This document shows, piece after piece, positions 21,280 to 32,847 of a stretch of 64,000 bases of DNA. This DNA is from Cyanophyceae cyanobacterium (GTDB lineage Bacteria; Cyanobacteriota; Cyanobacteriia; Cyanobacteriales; JBHJGN01). The stretch covers positions 1 through 64,000 of the forward strand of contig JBHJGN010000022.1 of assembly GCA_050331735.1 (NCBI GenBank), in the 5' to 3' direction. Positions within the stretch are counted from its first letter, which is position 1, and each line of letters begins with the position of its first letter. A program made the translations under genes and the position numbers. Below the pieces are notes generated by a model that saw only the letters and a list, made by a program, of their open reading frames with translations, was not told the origin of the DNA and did no database searches.

Positions 21280-23439
21280 CTAGCCCTCATCTTTTTGATA
21301 ACCGTTATGAGAACTTGGAACCGGTGTTTCAACGCTACAATCGCTCATCAGTAGGCGAATTTCTACTGTTGTCCCTTTGCCTTTTCCTTCGCTAAAGAGG
21401 GAAATGCTTCCTCCCATCAGTTCGATGAGGTTTTTGGAAATCGCTAGCCCTAGCCCTGTGCCGCCAAACTTGCGAGTTGTTGAGCCATCCACCATCACAA
21501 AGGGACGAAAGAGTTTATCTTGCTGACTGGGATCGATGCCGATGCCGGTATCCTTGATGGTCACCACGGCTTGGGGCGGAGGAGGGCTGTTGGGGCTATC
21601 TTGCCGGTATCTACCGTTTTCTATGCTCTGCTTGCCGTCAGCAGTCTCCGGCTGCCGGCTCCAGAGCAGGATAGCATGGGGGGGAGCCGCAGCTCGTCCT
21701 GATGCTGCGTGAGTAATATTGGAGGGAAATCCTAGGTGAGAGCGACTCAGAACAGCCTCTTGGCGATCGAGCTCCCTGGAGACTCCGTTCTTCGACGGTA
21801 TATCCACAGGGACTGAGTGTTCTTCTAGACGAACGTTAACCGAAATATTGCCCGATTCTGTAAACTTGACGGCATTGCCAATAATATTGATCAAAACCTG
21901 CTTGAGCTTGGCCGGATCGGCCTGAACTAGGATTTTTTCTTGAACTTTCGGGGTATCGAACTTGAGTCCTTTCTGCCGGATGGGAATGGTTTGTAGCTCA
22001 AAAACTTCTTTAAGCAGTTTATCTAAGTCTACTTTCTCCATTAGGACCGATAGCCTGCCGGCTTCAATTTTAGAAATATCTAAAACATCGTTAATGATTC
22101 CCAGCAGGTGAACGGCGGCTTCGTCAGCCTGACGTAAGAACTCTAGCTCTTCTTGATGGCTATCGCAGTAACCGTCTTTCACCACGCGAATACAGCCGAT
22201 AATGCCGTTGAGGGGAGTTCTGAGTTCGTGGGATGTTGTTGCTAAAAACTCATTCTTGAGCTGGTTAGCATTTTGGGCTTCCTTCCAAGCAGAAACAATT
22301 TCCTCTCCCCAGGCTCTCAGTCTCTCTACCATGTCTCTAATCGCAATCGAGAGCTGCTTAAACTCTTTGGTGTTAAAGTTGAGAGGCACACGATCGGTAA
22401 AGCGTAAATGCTCAATCTGGAGAGCATAATCTCTAAGCTTTTCGAGCGGACGAGCTAGATCGCGGGCAATGTAAAGGGTGGCAATCACGCTGGCACTGAT
22501 TAATCCCCAGACCGTGAAAATCAACGCTTGCCGCAGCTCCTTGAGAGGCAACAGAGCATCTGCGAGGGGAGTAACCGCTAAAATAATCCACTGTTGCTCT
22601 GGCTGACCGGTGACAGGACTAGTCAGAGAGCTATACCCGGCGACCAGTTCGATCCCGTCTTTCTCAAACGCAAACAGATGCAAAAAGTCTTGCCGACCAG
22701 AAATTGCTCCTTTGATTAAGCTGGCTAACCGCTCCGCATCTTCCTCCTGTTCGATATGTCGTCCGACTCGTTCGGGATAGGGATGGGCTAAAATCACTCC
22801 TGCCTGATTAATTACCACCGGATATCCCTGGAGCGAACCTGGTTCGACTTCTTCCTTCTCTAACAAAGCCGTCCTCACGCTGATTGCATAGCTCAACTGC
22901 CCGGTGAGATTGTAAACTGGCGCGCTCAACAACAGCTCTAGCTGGCTTTGGTTCGAGACATTTTCAGCGGAGACAGGAGGCAGCAGCAGCTTCACATTGA
23001 TTTCGTCAGGAGTCGTTAACAATTGCTTCTGTTCTTGCGGCCAAAGGGTACTGAAATTAGGCTGAGCGATCGCCTGCTCGCCACAGGTACTCGCTGCTAG
23101 CTCCCCAGATTGCAAGTTGGTTAACTGTACGCACTGTAGCTGAGTGGGCAACTGTTGACTAAGCTGTTCTACAAAAGTTTGTTGCTGTTGGGGGGAATCG
23201 AGTTTAAGCACGACGGCGTTACTGGCCGTGATCAGATTCGCCTGCAAGAGCTCGATCGACTGCTGAATACTTTCACCTCTTCTAACGGCACTTTCGGTTA
23301 AATTCTGCCGCGCTGACTCTAAAAATGCCGAACGGGCTTTTCTGTAGGTAACATAGACCCCAGTTAGCAAAACGGGGACACTCAGCAACAATAAACGCGA
23401 TAGAAGTAATCGGCGGAAGGAAGATTGATATAGTCCCAT
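21280..23439 (-). CDS. Membrane sensor histidine kinase (Cache-like periplasmic region, HAMP, HisKA, HATPase)
   Basis: Two TM segments, SHELRTPLN, NAVKFT, DTGIGI and GGTGLGLAI. Confidence 0.92.
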   Translation of the reverse strand: MGLYQSSFRRLLLSRLLLLSVPVLLTGVYVTYRKARSAFLESARQNLTESAVRRGESIQQSIELLQANLITASNAVVLKLDSPQQQQTFVEQLSQQLPTQLQCVQLTNLQSGELAASTCGEQAIAQPNFSTLWPQEQKQLLTTPDEINVKLLLPPVSAENVSNQSQLELLLSAPVYNLTGQLSYAISVRTALLEKEEVEPGSLQGYPVVINQAGVILAHPYPERVGRHIEQEEDAERLASLIKGAISGRQDFLHLFAFEKDGIELVAGYSSLTSPVTGQPEQQWIILAVTPLADALLPLKELRQALIFTVWGLISASVIATLYIARDLARPLEKLRDYALQIEHLRFTDRVPLNFNTKEFKQLSIAIRDMVERLRAWGEEIVSAWKEAQNANQLKNEFLATTSHELRTPLNGIIGCIRVVKDGYCDSHQEELEFLRQADEAAVHLLGIINDVLDISKIEAGRLSVLMEKVDLDKLLKEVFELQTIPIRQKGLKFDTPKVQEKILVQADPAKLKQVLINIIGNAVKFTESGNISVNVRLEEHSVPVDIPSKNGVSRELDRQEAVLSRSHLGFPSNITHAASGRAAAPPHAILLWSRQPETADGKQSIENGRYRQDSPNSPPPPQAVVTIKDTGIGIDPSQQDKLFRPFVMVDGSTTRKFGGTGLGLAISKNLIELMGGSISLFSEGKGKGTTVEIRLLMSDCSVETPVPSSHNGYQKDEG

Positions 23440-23807
23440 AGATAGAGGCTGTTAACGAGGAACCTACAGTGTTAATAATAAAAACAAAAACTAGAAAAGA
23501 TAATCTTTAATCCGTCAGTACTTGAGTAAGGTTTACAAAGCTTGAGACGTTGAGCATACCTATTTAAGCATTTAGTCACTAATGCTATATTAGCCTTGCT
23601 CAATTGCCGCTAGTACTGTGCCAGTTGGCAAGCTGTTCCCCAACGAAGAAGATTGTCTCCTGAAACTCGGCAATTTAGTCACCGATGCCGTAAAACGACG
23701 GGGCTTGCGCTCATTTCGTGAAATTAAGGAGGAAGCGGGGGAGTTGGGTCCACGGTTGCTCGGTTCTGCTTCCTAATATTTATAAACTCGTTGTGTAGCC
23801 TTGCTCA

Positions 23808-24506
23808 ATGCTAGCTCGTCCTCACACTACTGTCGTCCTCGCCATGTCAGCCGATGGCAAAATTGCCGCTCAAGATCGCTCTCCGGCTCGTTTTTCGTCC
23901 CCGGCTGATCGAGAGCATTTAGAATCACAGATTGCTCAAGCCGATGGCGTTCTCTTTGGGGCTGGAACTCTCCGCGCCTATGGAACCACTCTGCCCCTAT
24001 CCAATCCTCAGCTTTTACAGCTTCGTCAACAACGGCAGCAGCCTCCTCAACCAGTTCAGATTGTCTGTTCGGGAGCGGCCCAGCTCGATCCGCAACTGCG
24101 TTTTTTCCGTCAGCCTGTGCCTCGCTGGCTAATAACAACAGCAGCGGGAGCTCAGCGCTGGCAAGATAGAACCGAGTTCGAACGGATTATTACCCCTAAA
24201 TTACTGGAGCAAGCATCGCCAGAACTTCCCCCACAAATCGACTGGAGCGAAGCGCTCTGGCAACTGTCCTGCTTAGGTATCCGTCAGCTAGTAGTCTTAG
24301 GAGGCGGAGAACTAGTTGCGTCTCTGCTGGCCCAGGGGCTACTGGACGAATTTTGGTTGACGGTTTGCCCGCTCGTGTTAGGAGGGGCAGAGGCGCCAAC
24401 CCCAGTATCAGGAGAGGGTTGCCTTGCTCAAGCACAAGACCTAGAACTCTTGAGCAGTGAAAGAATTGACCAAGAAATTTTCCTGCACTATCGGCTGAAA
24501 CGTTAA
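23808..24506 (+). CDS. RibD C-terminal (pyrimidine reductase-like) family protein
   Basis: AMSADGKIA, GAGTLR, LGGGEL and DEFWLTVCPLVLGG. Confidence 0.88.
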   Translation: MLARPHTTVVLAMSADGKIAAQDRSPARFSSPADREHLESQIAQADGVLFGAGTLRAYGTTLPLSNPQLLQLRQQRQQPPQPVQIVCSGAAQLDPQLRFFRQPVPRWLITTAAGAQRWQDRTEFERIITPKLLEQASPELPPQIDWSEALWQLSCLGIRQLVVLGGGELVASLLAQGLLDEFWLTVCPLVLGGAEAPTPVSGEGCLAQAQDLELLSSERIDQEIFLHYRLKR

Positions 24507-24628
24507 GGAAGTTTACATTATGGTAAAGAGAGTTATGAACGATGCGTGTTGCGTTTTGAATCGCAAGTTGACCCTCAAAACCCATCACTCTAGCCTGTCC
24601 TCACACAAGCAGTACTCCAAATTTCCTC

Positions 24629-25825
24629 ATGATTGAACAAATCAAGCCTCAATATTCCGTTGCCTGGATTGAGAGACTCGCGGAGATTCCTAAAGCCGCC
24701 TGGGACGCTCTCGCTCAGCCACTACAAACTCCGTTTTTAGAATGGGAATGGCTCAATAATATTGAAACCTCCGGCAGTGCGAAACCTAGAACCGGTTGGC
24801 AGCCCTGCCATTTGACGATTTGGAAAGAGAGACAGCTTGTGGCTGCTGCCCCCCTATATCTTAAAGGACATAGCTACGGAGAATTTGTCTTCGATCATCA
24901 GTGGGCAGATTTGTCTTACCGCTTAGGAGTAGAGTATTATCCTAAGCTACTCGGCATGGCTCCGTTTACCCCAGCCGAGGGGTATCGCTTTTTGATTGCC
25001 CCGGGAGAAGATGAGGAGCAGCTTACAGAGATGATGGTCGCCGCCATCGACCAGTTCTGCGATCACCACCGCATTTCGAGCTGCAACTTTCTGTTTGTCG
25101 ATCCGGACTGGAAGCCGACCATTGAACGACACGGCTTCAGCGGCTGGATGCACCACAGCTACATTTGGCAAAACAAGGACTTCAATACTTTTGATGACTA
25201 TCTTCAGGTCTTTAATGCGAACCAGCGCCGCAACATCAAGCGAGAGCGCAAAGCAGTCACCAAGGCCGAACTAGAGGTCAAAACCTTTGGTGGGGAGGAA
25301 ATTCCTGAGTTTTTGTTTCCCATGATTTACCGCTTCTACAGCAGCACCTGCGACAAGTTTTACTGGGGCAGCAAATATCTGACTCGCAAGTTTTTTGAGC
25401 AACTGCATCCCCACTACAGCCATCGCGTTTTTTTGGTCGCGGCTTATGCAGACGGTAACGAGCGCAAGCCCGTTGGGTTATCGTTCTGTTTGCGCAAAGG
25501 CGATCGCCTCTACGGACGCTACTGGGGCTGTTTCCAAGAATACGACTGTCTCCACTTTGAAGCCTGCTACTATAAGCCAATTGAGTGGGCGATTTCCCAG
25601 GGGATTCAACTGTTCGATCCCGGTGCTGGCGGCAGACATAAGCGCCGACGAGGCTTTCCCGCGACAGCAAACTACAGCATGCATCGGTTCTATCACGGGC
25701 GCATGAATCGTATTTTGCGCTCTCACATCGACGAAATTAATGAAATGGAACAGATGGAAATTGACGCGATCAATCAGGATTTACCCTTTAGCAAGCGAGA
25801 AATTGAGCTGCGGGTGGAGGAATAG
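24629..25825 (+). CDS. FemAB-like GNAT protein (DUF482)
   Basis: KGHSYGEFVFDHQWA, YGRYWG, LHFEACYY and HKRRRGF. Confidence 0.88.
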   Translation: MIEQIKPQYSVAWIERLAEIPKAAWDALAQPLQTPFLEWEWLNNIETSGSAKPRTGWQPCHLTIWKERQLVAAAPLYLKGHSYGEFVFDHQWADLSYRLGVEYYPKLLGMAPFTPAEGYRFLIAPGEDEEQLTEMMVAAIDQFCDHHRISSCNFLFVDPDWKPTIERHGFSGWMHHSYIWQNKDFNTFDDYLQVFNANQRRNIKRERKAVTKAELEVKTFGGEEIPEFLFPMIYRFYSSTCDKFYWGSKYLTRKFFEQLHPHYSHRVFLVAAYADGNERKPVGLSFCLRKGDRLYGRYWGCFQEYDCLHFEACYYKPIEWAISQGIQLFDPGAGGRHKRRRGFPATANYSMHRFYHGRMNRILRSHIDEINEMEQMEIDAINQDLPFSKREIELRVEE

Positions 25826-26020
25826 AAGCCGCTAGCGCGGCGGGAAAAGGGAAAAAGGGGAAAGGGGAGTTAGCTTGAGATTTTACCCTCCTCGCTTTTC
25901 TGCTCTCAGCTTGTGGTTTTCTGTTCTCCTCAAGCGAAATGGCGATCGCTAAATTGTTTTTCTTAGAATGTAGCAGTGAGATGAGGACATCCCGATTACC
26001 TGACTTCTGATACCTGTTTT

Positions 26021-27820
26021 ATGTTTAAACCAACGTTCTTCAGAGTTCTGGCTGCTCGTCGGCTGAGAGCGATCGCTCTTGCTTCCTTCCTCGCTGTTTC
26101 GACGGCGGCGTGTAATCCGGCGGTTTTTGAAGCCACTTCAGCAGCGGAATCCTCTCAGGTGGTGCTGTCGGTTTTGAGCGACCCCAAAACGTTTAACCCG
26201 GTGCTTTCGGCAGAATCACCGAACATCTTTGGCTTGACTTACGAAGGATTAGTGACTCAAAACCCGATTACCGGAGAAATAGAGCCAGCGCTGGCGGAAT
26301 CTTGGGAAATTTCGGAAGACAATCGGCGGATTGTGTTTACCCTGCGCGAAGGGGTGCAGTGGTCGGATGGAGAACCGTTAACGGTCGATGATGTCGTGTT
26401 TAGCTTCAATAAGCTGTATCTCAACGAAGAGATTCCTACCAATTCTCGAGATGGCCTAAGAGTCGGTCAGAGCGGCACGTTGCCAACCGTGCGTAAACTC
26501 GACGAACGGCGCGTGGAGTTTACTCTGCCAGAACCGTTTGCGCCCTTCCTAGAAAGTGCGGGCGGATTAGCCATCTTGCCGGAACACGTTCTCCAAGAAA
26601 GCGTAGAAGATATTGGTCCCGATGGCAAACCGCGATTTCTATCTACTTGGGGAGTCGATACACCCCCAGAACAGCTCGTTGTCAATGGTCCTTACAGGGT
26701 GGAGGATTACGATACCAGTCAGCGCATTATCTTCCAGCGGAACCCCTACTACCGCAAGCAAGACGAACAGGGTAATCAACTTCCCTATATCGAGCGAGTG
26801 GTTTGGGAAATTGTGGAATCCCAGGATACATCCTTACTTCAGTTTCGCTCTAAGGGACTAGACTCGATTGGAGTTTCGCCAGAATATTATTCGCTGCTCA
26901 AGCGAGAAGAAGACAGAGGCGATTTTACGATCTATAGCGGCGGACCCGATTACGGCACTTCTTTCTTCTTTTTTAATCTCAATAAAGGGTCGAGAAACGG
27001 TAGACCGCTAGTCGATCCGGTTAAATCTCAGTGGTTTAACAACCTTAATTTCAGGCAGGCAATGGCTTATGCTATTGATCGACAGCGCATGATCAACAAT
27101 ATCTATCGGGGACTAGGAGAGCCGCAAGATTCGCCCATCTCAACCCAATCGCCGTATTACGACGAATCTTTAGAAGGATACGACTACAACCCGGATCAAG
27201 CCAGAGAATTGCTGCTTGAAGCCGGATTTCAATACAACGACCGCGGACAACTGTTGGATGCGGAGGGCAACCGCGTTCGTTTTACGCTGATTACCAACGC
27301 TGGTAATAAAATTAGGGAAGCTTTAGGGACTCAAATCAAGCAGGATCTCAGCAAAATTGGCATTCAGGTCGATTTTACCCCGCTGGCGTGGAACGCTTTA
27401 CTAGATAAGCTCACTAACACCTTGGAATGGGATAGTGCCATTCTCGGACTGACGGGGGGCAACGAACCCAATGGTGGAGCTAATGTTTGGTTTCCCGATG
27501 GGAATTTACATTCATTTAACCAAAAGCCGCAGCCCGGACAGCCGCCTATTGAAGGTAGAGAAATCACTGACTGGGAGAGAGAAATTGCCGCTCTTTATAT
27601 TCAAGGGGCGCGAGAGCTGGATGAGGAGAAGCGCAAGGAAATTTATGCCGAAGCGCAGCAGCTCGTTTCTGAATACCTGCCGTTTATCTATCTGGTCAAC
27701 CCTCTCGCCTTGGGAGCGGTGCGCGATCGCATCGAGGATATTGAGTACTCTGCGCTAGGGGGGGCGTTTTGGAATATTGAAGAGTTAGAGACAACTCCCC
27801 AGCAGCAGCTCAGACAGTGA
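26021..27820 (+). CDS. ABC transporter substrate-binding lipoprotein (family 5, peptide/nickel)
   Basis: Lipobox TAAC, DPKTFNP, PALAESW and WSDGEPLTVDDVVFS. Confidence 0.92.
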   Translation: MFKPTFFRVLAARRLRAIALASFLAVSTAACNPAVFEATSAAESSQVVLSVLSDPKTFNPVLSAESPNIFGLTYEGLVTQNPITGEIEPALAESWEISEDNRRIVFTLREGVQWSDGEPLTVDDVVFSFNKLYLNEEIPTNSRDGLRVGQSGTLPTVRKLDERRVEFTLPEPFAPFLESAGGLAILPEHVLQESVEDIGPDGKPRFLSTWGVDTPPEQLVVNGPYRVEDYDTSQRIIFQRNPYYRKQDEQGNQLPYIERVVWEIVESQDTSLLQFRSKGLDSIGVSPEYYSLLKREEDRGDFTIYSGGPDYGTSFFFFNLNKGSRNGRPLVDPVKSQWFNNLNFRQAMAYAIDRQRMINNIYRGLGEPQDSPISTQSPYYDESLEGYDYNPDQARELLLEAGFQYNDRGQLLDAEGNRVRFTLITNAGNKIREALGTQIKQDLSKIGIQVDFTPLAWNALLDKLTNTLEWDSAILGLTGGNEPNGGANVWFPDGNLHSFNQKPQPGQPPIEGREITDWEREIAALYIQGARELDEEKRKEIYAEAQQLVSEYLPFIYLVNPLALGAVRDRIEDIEYSALGGAFWNIEELETTPQQQLRQ

Positions 27821-27905
27821 GTAGAAACTAGTAGATTCACTGCCAAGAAGTGGACACTTTGCGTAGATATGAGGTTTATTTCGGCCAAGCCGCAGGCTAT
27901 GGTGA

Positions 27906-28121
27906 GTGAAGTTAGCACCTCCGTCACTCCTTGCTATGCAGTTCTATTTGCTCGAAAAGGATACAGTTTACGCTCTGGAAATTCTAGAAATTGAGCAATA
28001 TCCGACCCAAACCCATATTTTCTACGAGTATGTCGGTTCCAGGCTCCAGGCATTCATGAAGCTGCCTAGAGAATGGGCTGACATACTAAGGGTCAATGCC
28101 TGTAATCCTTGTTTAAACTGA
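27906..28121 (+). CDS. Small hypothetical protein
   Basis: 71-aa ORF (61 aa from the internal ATG) filling the gap before mfd; no recognised motif. Confidence 0.4.
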   Translation: MKLAPPSLLAMQFYLLEKDTVYALEILEIEQYPTQTHIFYEYVGSRLQAFMKLPREWADILRVNACNPCLN

Positions 28122-28229
28122 AGCCGCACCAGCAGTCAGGAGTAAAACGCTTTACTAGTCTTGTATTTGTTCTTATCTCTCTGGCTCTTGCTCTCGCTAA
28201 ATACCAGAGTGCCATGAACAATCAGCAAA

Positions 28230-31200
28230 TCAAACTAGTTCTGGTTCTGGCAGCGCTCCCTGCATTTTGCTGAACCAGTCGATCAGATTTTCGATCTGCT
28301 GTTGGGGCTTGAGCACTGCCAAACCACGGACGGTAACTTTTTTATCCGTGTAGACAAAGCGGGTTTGCAGGTGCTGCGGTAAGTTATCTCGCAGCAGCTT
28401 CCAGGCTGGTTCCTCCATCGGCGTTTCTAGAGCAATATGCTGCTTGCCTTCAGGCTTGATGCGAGAAAAGCCCAAAGATTTTGCCTGCTGCTTCAGTTCC
28501 ATGACCTGAAGCAGCTCAGACACCGGAGCTGGCAAAGGTCCGTAGCGATCGCTCCAGTCGGCAGCAATTTGGGCCAAGTCTTTTTTGGAAACGGCGGTCG
28601 CTACAGCCCGGTAGGCATCCATCTTCTGTTCTAGATCCGGGATGTAGTCGGCAGGAATAAAGGCGGTGAGATTGAGGTCAATTTGAGTGTCTTCAACTTG
28701 CGGAATTTCCTGGCCCTGAATTTCCCTGATCGCTTCTTGCAGCATCTCCGTGTAGAGGTCGAAGCCAATAGCCTCCATTTGCCCTGACTGTTCGGCCCCG
28801 AGCAGGTTGCCCACCCCGCGAATCTCCATATCGCGGGTGGCTAACTGGTATCCTGAGCCAAGCTGGGTAAACTCCTGAAGAGCCCGCAGTCGCTTTCTAG
28901 CCGCTTCAGAGAGCATGCCCCGATTAGGATATAGCAGCCAAGCGTGAGCCTGAACCCCGGAGCGTCCGACCCGCCCTCGAAGCTGATAGAGTTGGGAGAG
29001 TCCGAACTTTTGGGAGTCTTCGACAATAATGGTGTTAACTCGGGGAATGTCTAGCCCAGATTCAATAATGGTCGTACAGACGAGGATATCCGCTTCGCCA
29101 TTGTTGAAGGTCAGCATGGTCGATTCTAGCTCCCCCTCCAGCATCTGACCGTGAGCGATCGCAATTCTGGCTCCCGGCACCATCTGGCGGAGCTGTCCGG
29201 CGATTTCTTCAATGCCTTCTACGCGCGGCACCACGTAGAAAATCTGTCCACCGCGGTCGAGTTCGTTGCGGATGGCGGTTCTGACGACTTCTGGGTTATA
29301 GGAAGACAGGTGAGTTTTGATCGGGCGGCGAGACGGCGGTGGTGTTGCAATCAGGCTCATCTCGCGGATACCGGACAGCGACATATAGAGCGTACGGGGA
29401 ATGGGCGTAGCGGTGAGCGTCAGTACATCCACCTGGGTTTTCAGAGATTTAATCTTCTCCTTCTGATTCACGCCGAAGCGCTGTTCTTCATCAATTACCA
29501 ACATCCCTAAATTCTTAAACTTGACGCTTTTGCCCAGAAGCTGATGAGTGCCAACGACAATATCTAATTCTCCCGTCGCCAACCGCTGAAGAATCTCTTT
29601 GCGCTCCGAGGCAGTGCGAAAGCGGTTCAGTAGCCCGATGTTAACTGGATAGGGCGCAAACCGTTCTTTAAGAGTGTGGTAGTGTTGCTGAGTGAGAATT
29701 GTGGTGGGAGCGAGGAACGCCACCTGCTTGTGTCCTGCCGTCACAACTTTAAAGATGGCCCGCAGAGCCACTTCCGTTTTACCAAAGCCGACATCTCCAC
29801 AGACTAAGCGATCCATTGGGCGATCGCTTTCCAAGTCTCGCTTGACCTCCTGAATCGCTTTGAGCTGATCGGGGGTGGGCTGATAGGGAAACGAATCCTC
29901 TAATTCCTCTTGCCAGGGCTGATCGGAAGGATAGGCGTTACCGCTGAGCTGCGCTCTTTTAGCGTAGAGCTTGAGCAGATCCACTGCCAGCTTCTTCACG
30001 GCCTTACGGACGCGATTTTTCGTCCGCTCCCAGGCTTTGCCCGTCATTTTGTTCAACTCTGGCGGGCGATCGCCGATGTGCCGATAGCGGGAGAGCACGT
30101 CCACGCTATCAGCGGGAACCCGCAGCGTTCCATCTGCGTACTTGATCACTAAATACTCGCGGGTGGCTAGGCTTTCAAGCTGCAAAAACTTTCCAATGCC
30201 GTGGGTTTTATGCACGACGTAATCGCCGGGACGCAGCTTGTTGAGATTGACCTGCTTAGAAGCAGCGCGGCGACGCTTGCGAACGTAGCCGGGAGTTGTC
30301 AGGGTATGTTGACCAAAAAACTCCCGGTCGGTAACCACCACAAGGCGAAAGGTGGGAAGGATAAACCCTTCTAGTTCGGCCAGTCCTGAATACTTAAGGG
30401 CGACGGCGGTATTCTGAGTGTGGAGTTTCTCGATGGTGGCGTAGTCCCGGGGATTCGGCACAAACTGCGCCGGACAGTCGTGTTCCTGAAGTAGGGCCAC
30501 CGAACGAGTGGGCTGAGCGGAAACCAGCCACGTTGAGTATTTATCGAGGGTGATGCTGCTGTAAATTTCTCGTTTCCCGCGCAGGATCTCGGCGAGTTTG
30601 GCAAACTGATGAGGGGTTGTCGGCAGCGGACGGCTAGACAGGTTTACTCCCCGATCGTTTTCTTCGGCGATTTCAGACAGGTGCAGAACGCAATGATCAA
30701 TGGCGGCTACAGACTCGTCGAAAGAGCGATGAAATTTGGGCAGCGGCTGTTCTTCCCCGAGCCGCTGTTCTTCGGCATGTTCGCTCCAGCGATCGCTATG
30801 GGCGCGACACTGTTCCGCTTCATCGAGTACGCAGAGGGTATTGGCGGGCAAGTAATCTAGGAGTGAAGCGGGTTGAGCAAAGGCCATGCCGGTAAAGCGG
30901 CGCATTCCTTCCGGCAGTCCTTCCTCCCAGGCTTCCCGTTCTTCCTCGGTTAAATACTCGCTGACCGCTGCTGACGAGAGAGCCGCCGCAATCATCGGCG
31001 CGAAATTCGTCGGAGTGAGAACGAGCTGCTCGATCCCGTCTAAAGAGCGCTGCGTGGCCGGATCGAACTCTCTGATTTGCTCGAGTTCGTCCCCAAACCA
31101 TTCTAGGCGCACAGGCAGCTCTGCCGAGACCGGAAAAATATCGACAATATCTCCACGACGGCTCCACTGGCCTTCCGTTTCTACCAGCGGCACTCGTTCG

Positions 31201-31757
31201 TATCCTAGTCTGGCCAGTTCCCGATCTAGGGTTTTGGCCTCCTTGACTGTGCCCACTGCTAGCTTAAGGCAATAACTGCTAAAGACATCTAGCGGAGGCA
31301 GATGAGGCTGTAGAGCTCGCTCTGTCGTTACAATCGCCATGGCTGAAGGCTGACTCGCATTGCCATTTGGTGATGAAGCCGACTCAAGCGAATTGTCAGC
31401 ACTGTGCTCCTGAACCAGATCGACTAGCACCTGCATTTGCCCCCACACCATTTCTGATTCCGGGTCAAACGGTTCGTAGGGCGATGCTTCTGACGTCGGA
31501 TAAAAATGAACGGTTTTCCATCCCATTGCCTCTAGCTGAGCGGTCCAGCGTCCCGCTTCTTCTAGAGTGGCGCAGACAGCAAACAGATGATGGCGCTCAG
31601 ACTGAGCCAAACTAGAGGCGACCAGCCCTTTCGGTAACCGAGAAATTCCCGTTAACGAGAGCGATCGCTGCTGCTTTAGTTTTGTTCTCAGTTCATGAGC
31701 AAGCGCGGATTGAGCCAGGGCGCGAATCACCGAAGAAAAAGCCATAGTGATAGTCAA
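28230..31757 (-). CDS. mfd: Transcription-repair coupling factor
   Basis: UvrB-like N-terminus, CarD-like RID (GDYVVH..HGIG), [23 protein letters not shown] and TRCF C-terminus. Confidence 0.97.
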   Translation of the reverse strand: MTITMAFSSVIRALAQSALAHELRTKLKQQRSLSLTGISRLPKGLVASSLAQSERHHLFAVCATLEEAGRWTAQLEAMGWKTVHFYPTSEASPYEPFDPESEMVWGQMQVLVDLVQEHSADNSLESASSPNGNASQPSAMAIVTTERALQPHLPPLDVFSSYCLKLAVGTVKEAKTLDRELARLGYERVPLVETEGQWSRRGDIVDIFPVSAELPVRLEWFGDELEQIREFDPATQRSLDGIEQLVLTPTNFAPMIAAALSSAAVSEYLTEEEREAWEEGLPEGMRRFTGMAFAQPASLLDYLPANTLCVLDEAEQCRAHSDRWSEHAEEQRLGEEQPLPKFHRSFDESVAAIDHCVLHLSEIAEENDRGVNLSSRPLPTTPHQFAKLAEILRGKREIYSSITLDKYSTWLVSAQPTRSVALLQEHDCPAQFVPNPRDYATIEKLHTQNTAVALKYSGLAELEGFILPTFRLVVVTDREFFGQHTLTTPGYVRKRRRAASKQVNLNKLRPGDYVVHKTHGIGKFLQLESLATREYLVIKYADGTLRVPADSVDVLSRYRHIGDRPPELNKMTGKAWERTKNRVRKAVKKLAVDLLKLYAKRAQLSGNAYPSDQPWQEELEDSFPYQPTPDQLKAIQEVKRDLESDRPMDRLVCGDVGFGKTEVALRAIFKVVTAGHKQVAFLAPTTILTQQHYHTLKERFAPYPVNIGLLNRFRTASERKEILQRLATGELDIVVGTHQLLGKSVKFKNLGMLVIDEEQRFGVNQKEKIKSLKTQVDVLTLTATPIPRTLYMSLSGIREMSLIATPPPSRRPIKTHLSSYNPEVVRTAIRNELDRGGQIFYVVPRVEGIEEIAGQLRQMVPGARIAIAHGQMLEGELESTMLTFNNGEADILVCTTIIESGLDIPRVNTIIVEDSQKFGLSQLYQLRGRVGRSGVQAHAWLLYPNRGMLSEAARKRLRALQEFTQLGSGYQLATRDMEIRGVGNLLGAEQSGQMEAIGFDLYTEMLQEAIREIQGQEIPQVEDTQIDLNLTAFIPADYIPDLEQKMDAYRAVATAVSKKDLAQIAADWSDRYGPLPAPVSELLQVMELKQQAKSLGFSRIKPEGKQHIALETPMEEPAWKLLRDNLPQHLQTRFVYTDKKVTVRGLAVLKPQQQIENLIDWFSKMQGALPEPELV

Positions 31758-32007
31758 GAGTCACAACAGCGAGAAGCCCAAGTAGGGGCGCTCTGACAAT
31801 TTTAGACAAACGACTCTCAGCGCGGCAACGCGCCGAGCAGCTTGTCCCGGAGAGTTTGTTTGAGTAGAAGCCTGATTAAAGTGACCGCGAAAACGGCGAG
31901 CCGTAGTAGAGTTAATTCTCTCTACTCCTCGAGAGGCGAAGACAACTTAAGCGATGACCAATTACTTAAAACTGGACAGTGGCTAAAGCGAGTATAGTCG
32001 CGTTTAT

Positions 32008-32847
32008 CTAGTCGTAGACGCTTCCATCCGGCAAAATGGCCCCGTACAGATTCGCTCCGGTCAGTTTAACCATGATTCTGTCTCCTGAACCAATCTTAGC
32101 GCCTTTTAAATTAGCTCCGCCAAGATCAGCGCCACTTAAATCAGCACCAATAAGGTTTGCTTCCTGTAAATTTGCGCCCTGGAGGTTCGCCTGAAGCATA
32201 TTCGCCCGAAACAGATTCGCCTGAGACAAATTAGCTTCTTGCAACACAACCTTGTGCAAAAAGCTATCGCTCAAATCTGCCCCGCTGAGATCGGCTCTAG
32301 ACAAGTTTCTCCCCGAAAAATCTTTTTCTTTTAAGTCCGCTCCTTTCAGGTTTACTCCACTCAAATCTGAGTCGCGAGGTTGTGTTTCCTGAGCGGGACG
32401 CTCTGGTTCGGAGCGCGTCTGGTCTGAACCGTAAGCTCGTTGAGAGGGCGGTTGCCGATACGAACTGGATGTTCGCTGACGAGGGGGCTGCTCAGAATAG
32501 GCATGAGTTGAGTAAGTTCTGGCCTGCTGACGTGGACGCGGAGGGGGGGAGGGAGGCTTTCTCTGATGCTGGGACGCTGTTGAGGGTCGAGGAGAGGAGG
32601 AACTGCCATTGCGACTTTTGCCGCGGGCTCGCTTAAGCGATCGCAACTGCTCCCGCGCCTGGTTAATCTCCTTTAGTTTACTGACGGCTTTTTCAATTAA
32701 TCTAGTATTATCCTTGGGGATGCGGTCTGGATGCCAAATAAATACTAAGTCTTTATAAGCCTGATTGATTTCTTCTAGAGAAGCTCCTGGCTCCAGCTCC
32801 AGCACTCTATAGCATTTTTCAATCTCTTTCATGTACGCTTTTGCCAA
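32008..32847 (-). CDS. DnaJ domain plus pentapeptide-repeat protein
   Basis: WHPD J-domain, Pro/Ser-rich linker and A(D/N)LxG repeats. Confidence 0.9.
   Translation of the reverse strand: MAKAYMKEIEKCYRVLELEPGASLEEINQAYKDLVFIWHPDRIPKDNTRLIEKAVSKLKEINQAREQLRSLKRARGKSRNGSSSSPRPSTASQHQRKPPSPPPRPRQQARTYSTHAYSEQPPRQRTSSSYRQPPSQRAYGSDQTRSEPERPAQETQPRDSDLSGVNLKGADLKEKDFSGRNLSRADLSGADLSDSFLHKVVLQEANLSQANLFRANMLQANLQGANLQEANLIGADLSGADLGGANLKGAKIGSGDRIMVKLTGANLYGAILPDGSVYD

Noticed and set aside
21031..21354. 107-aa ORF starting MGERGRGKGK
   Set aside because: It starts inside the MITE-like repeat and overlaps the kinase antisense, so it is likely spurious.
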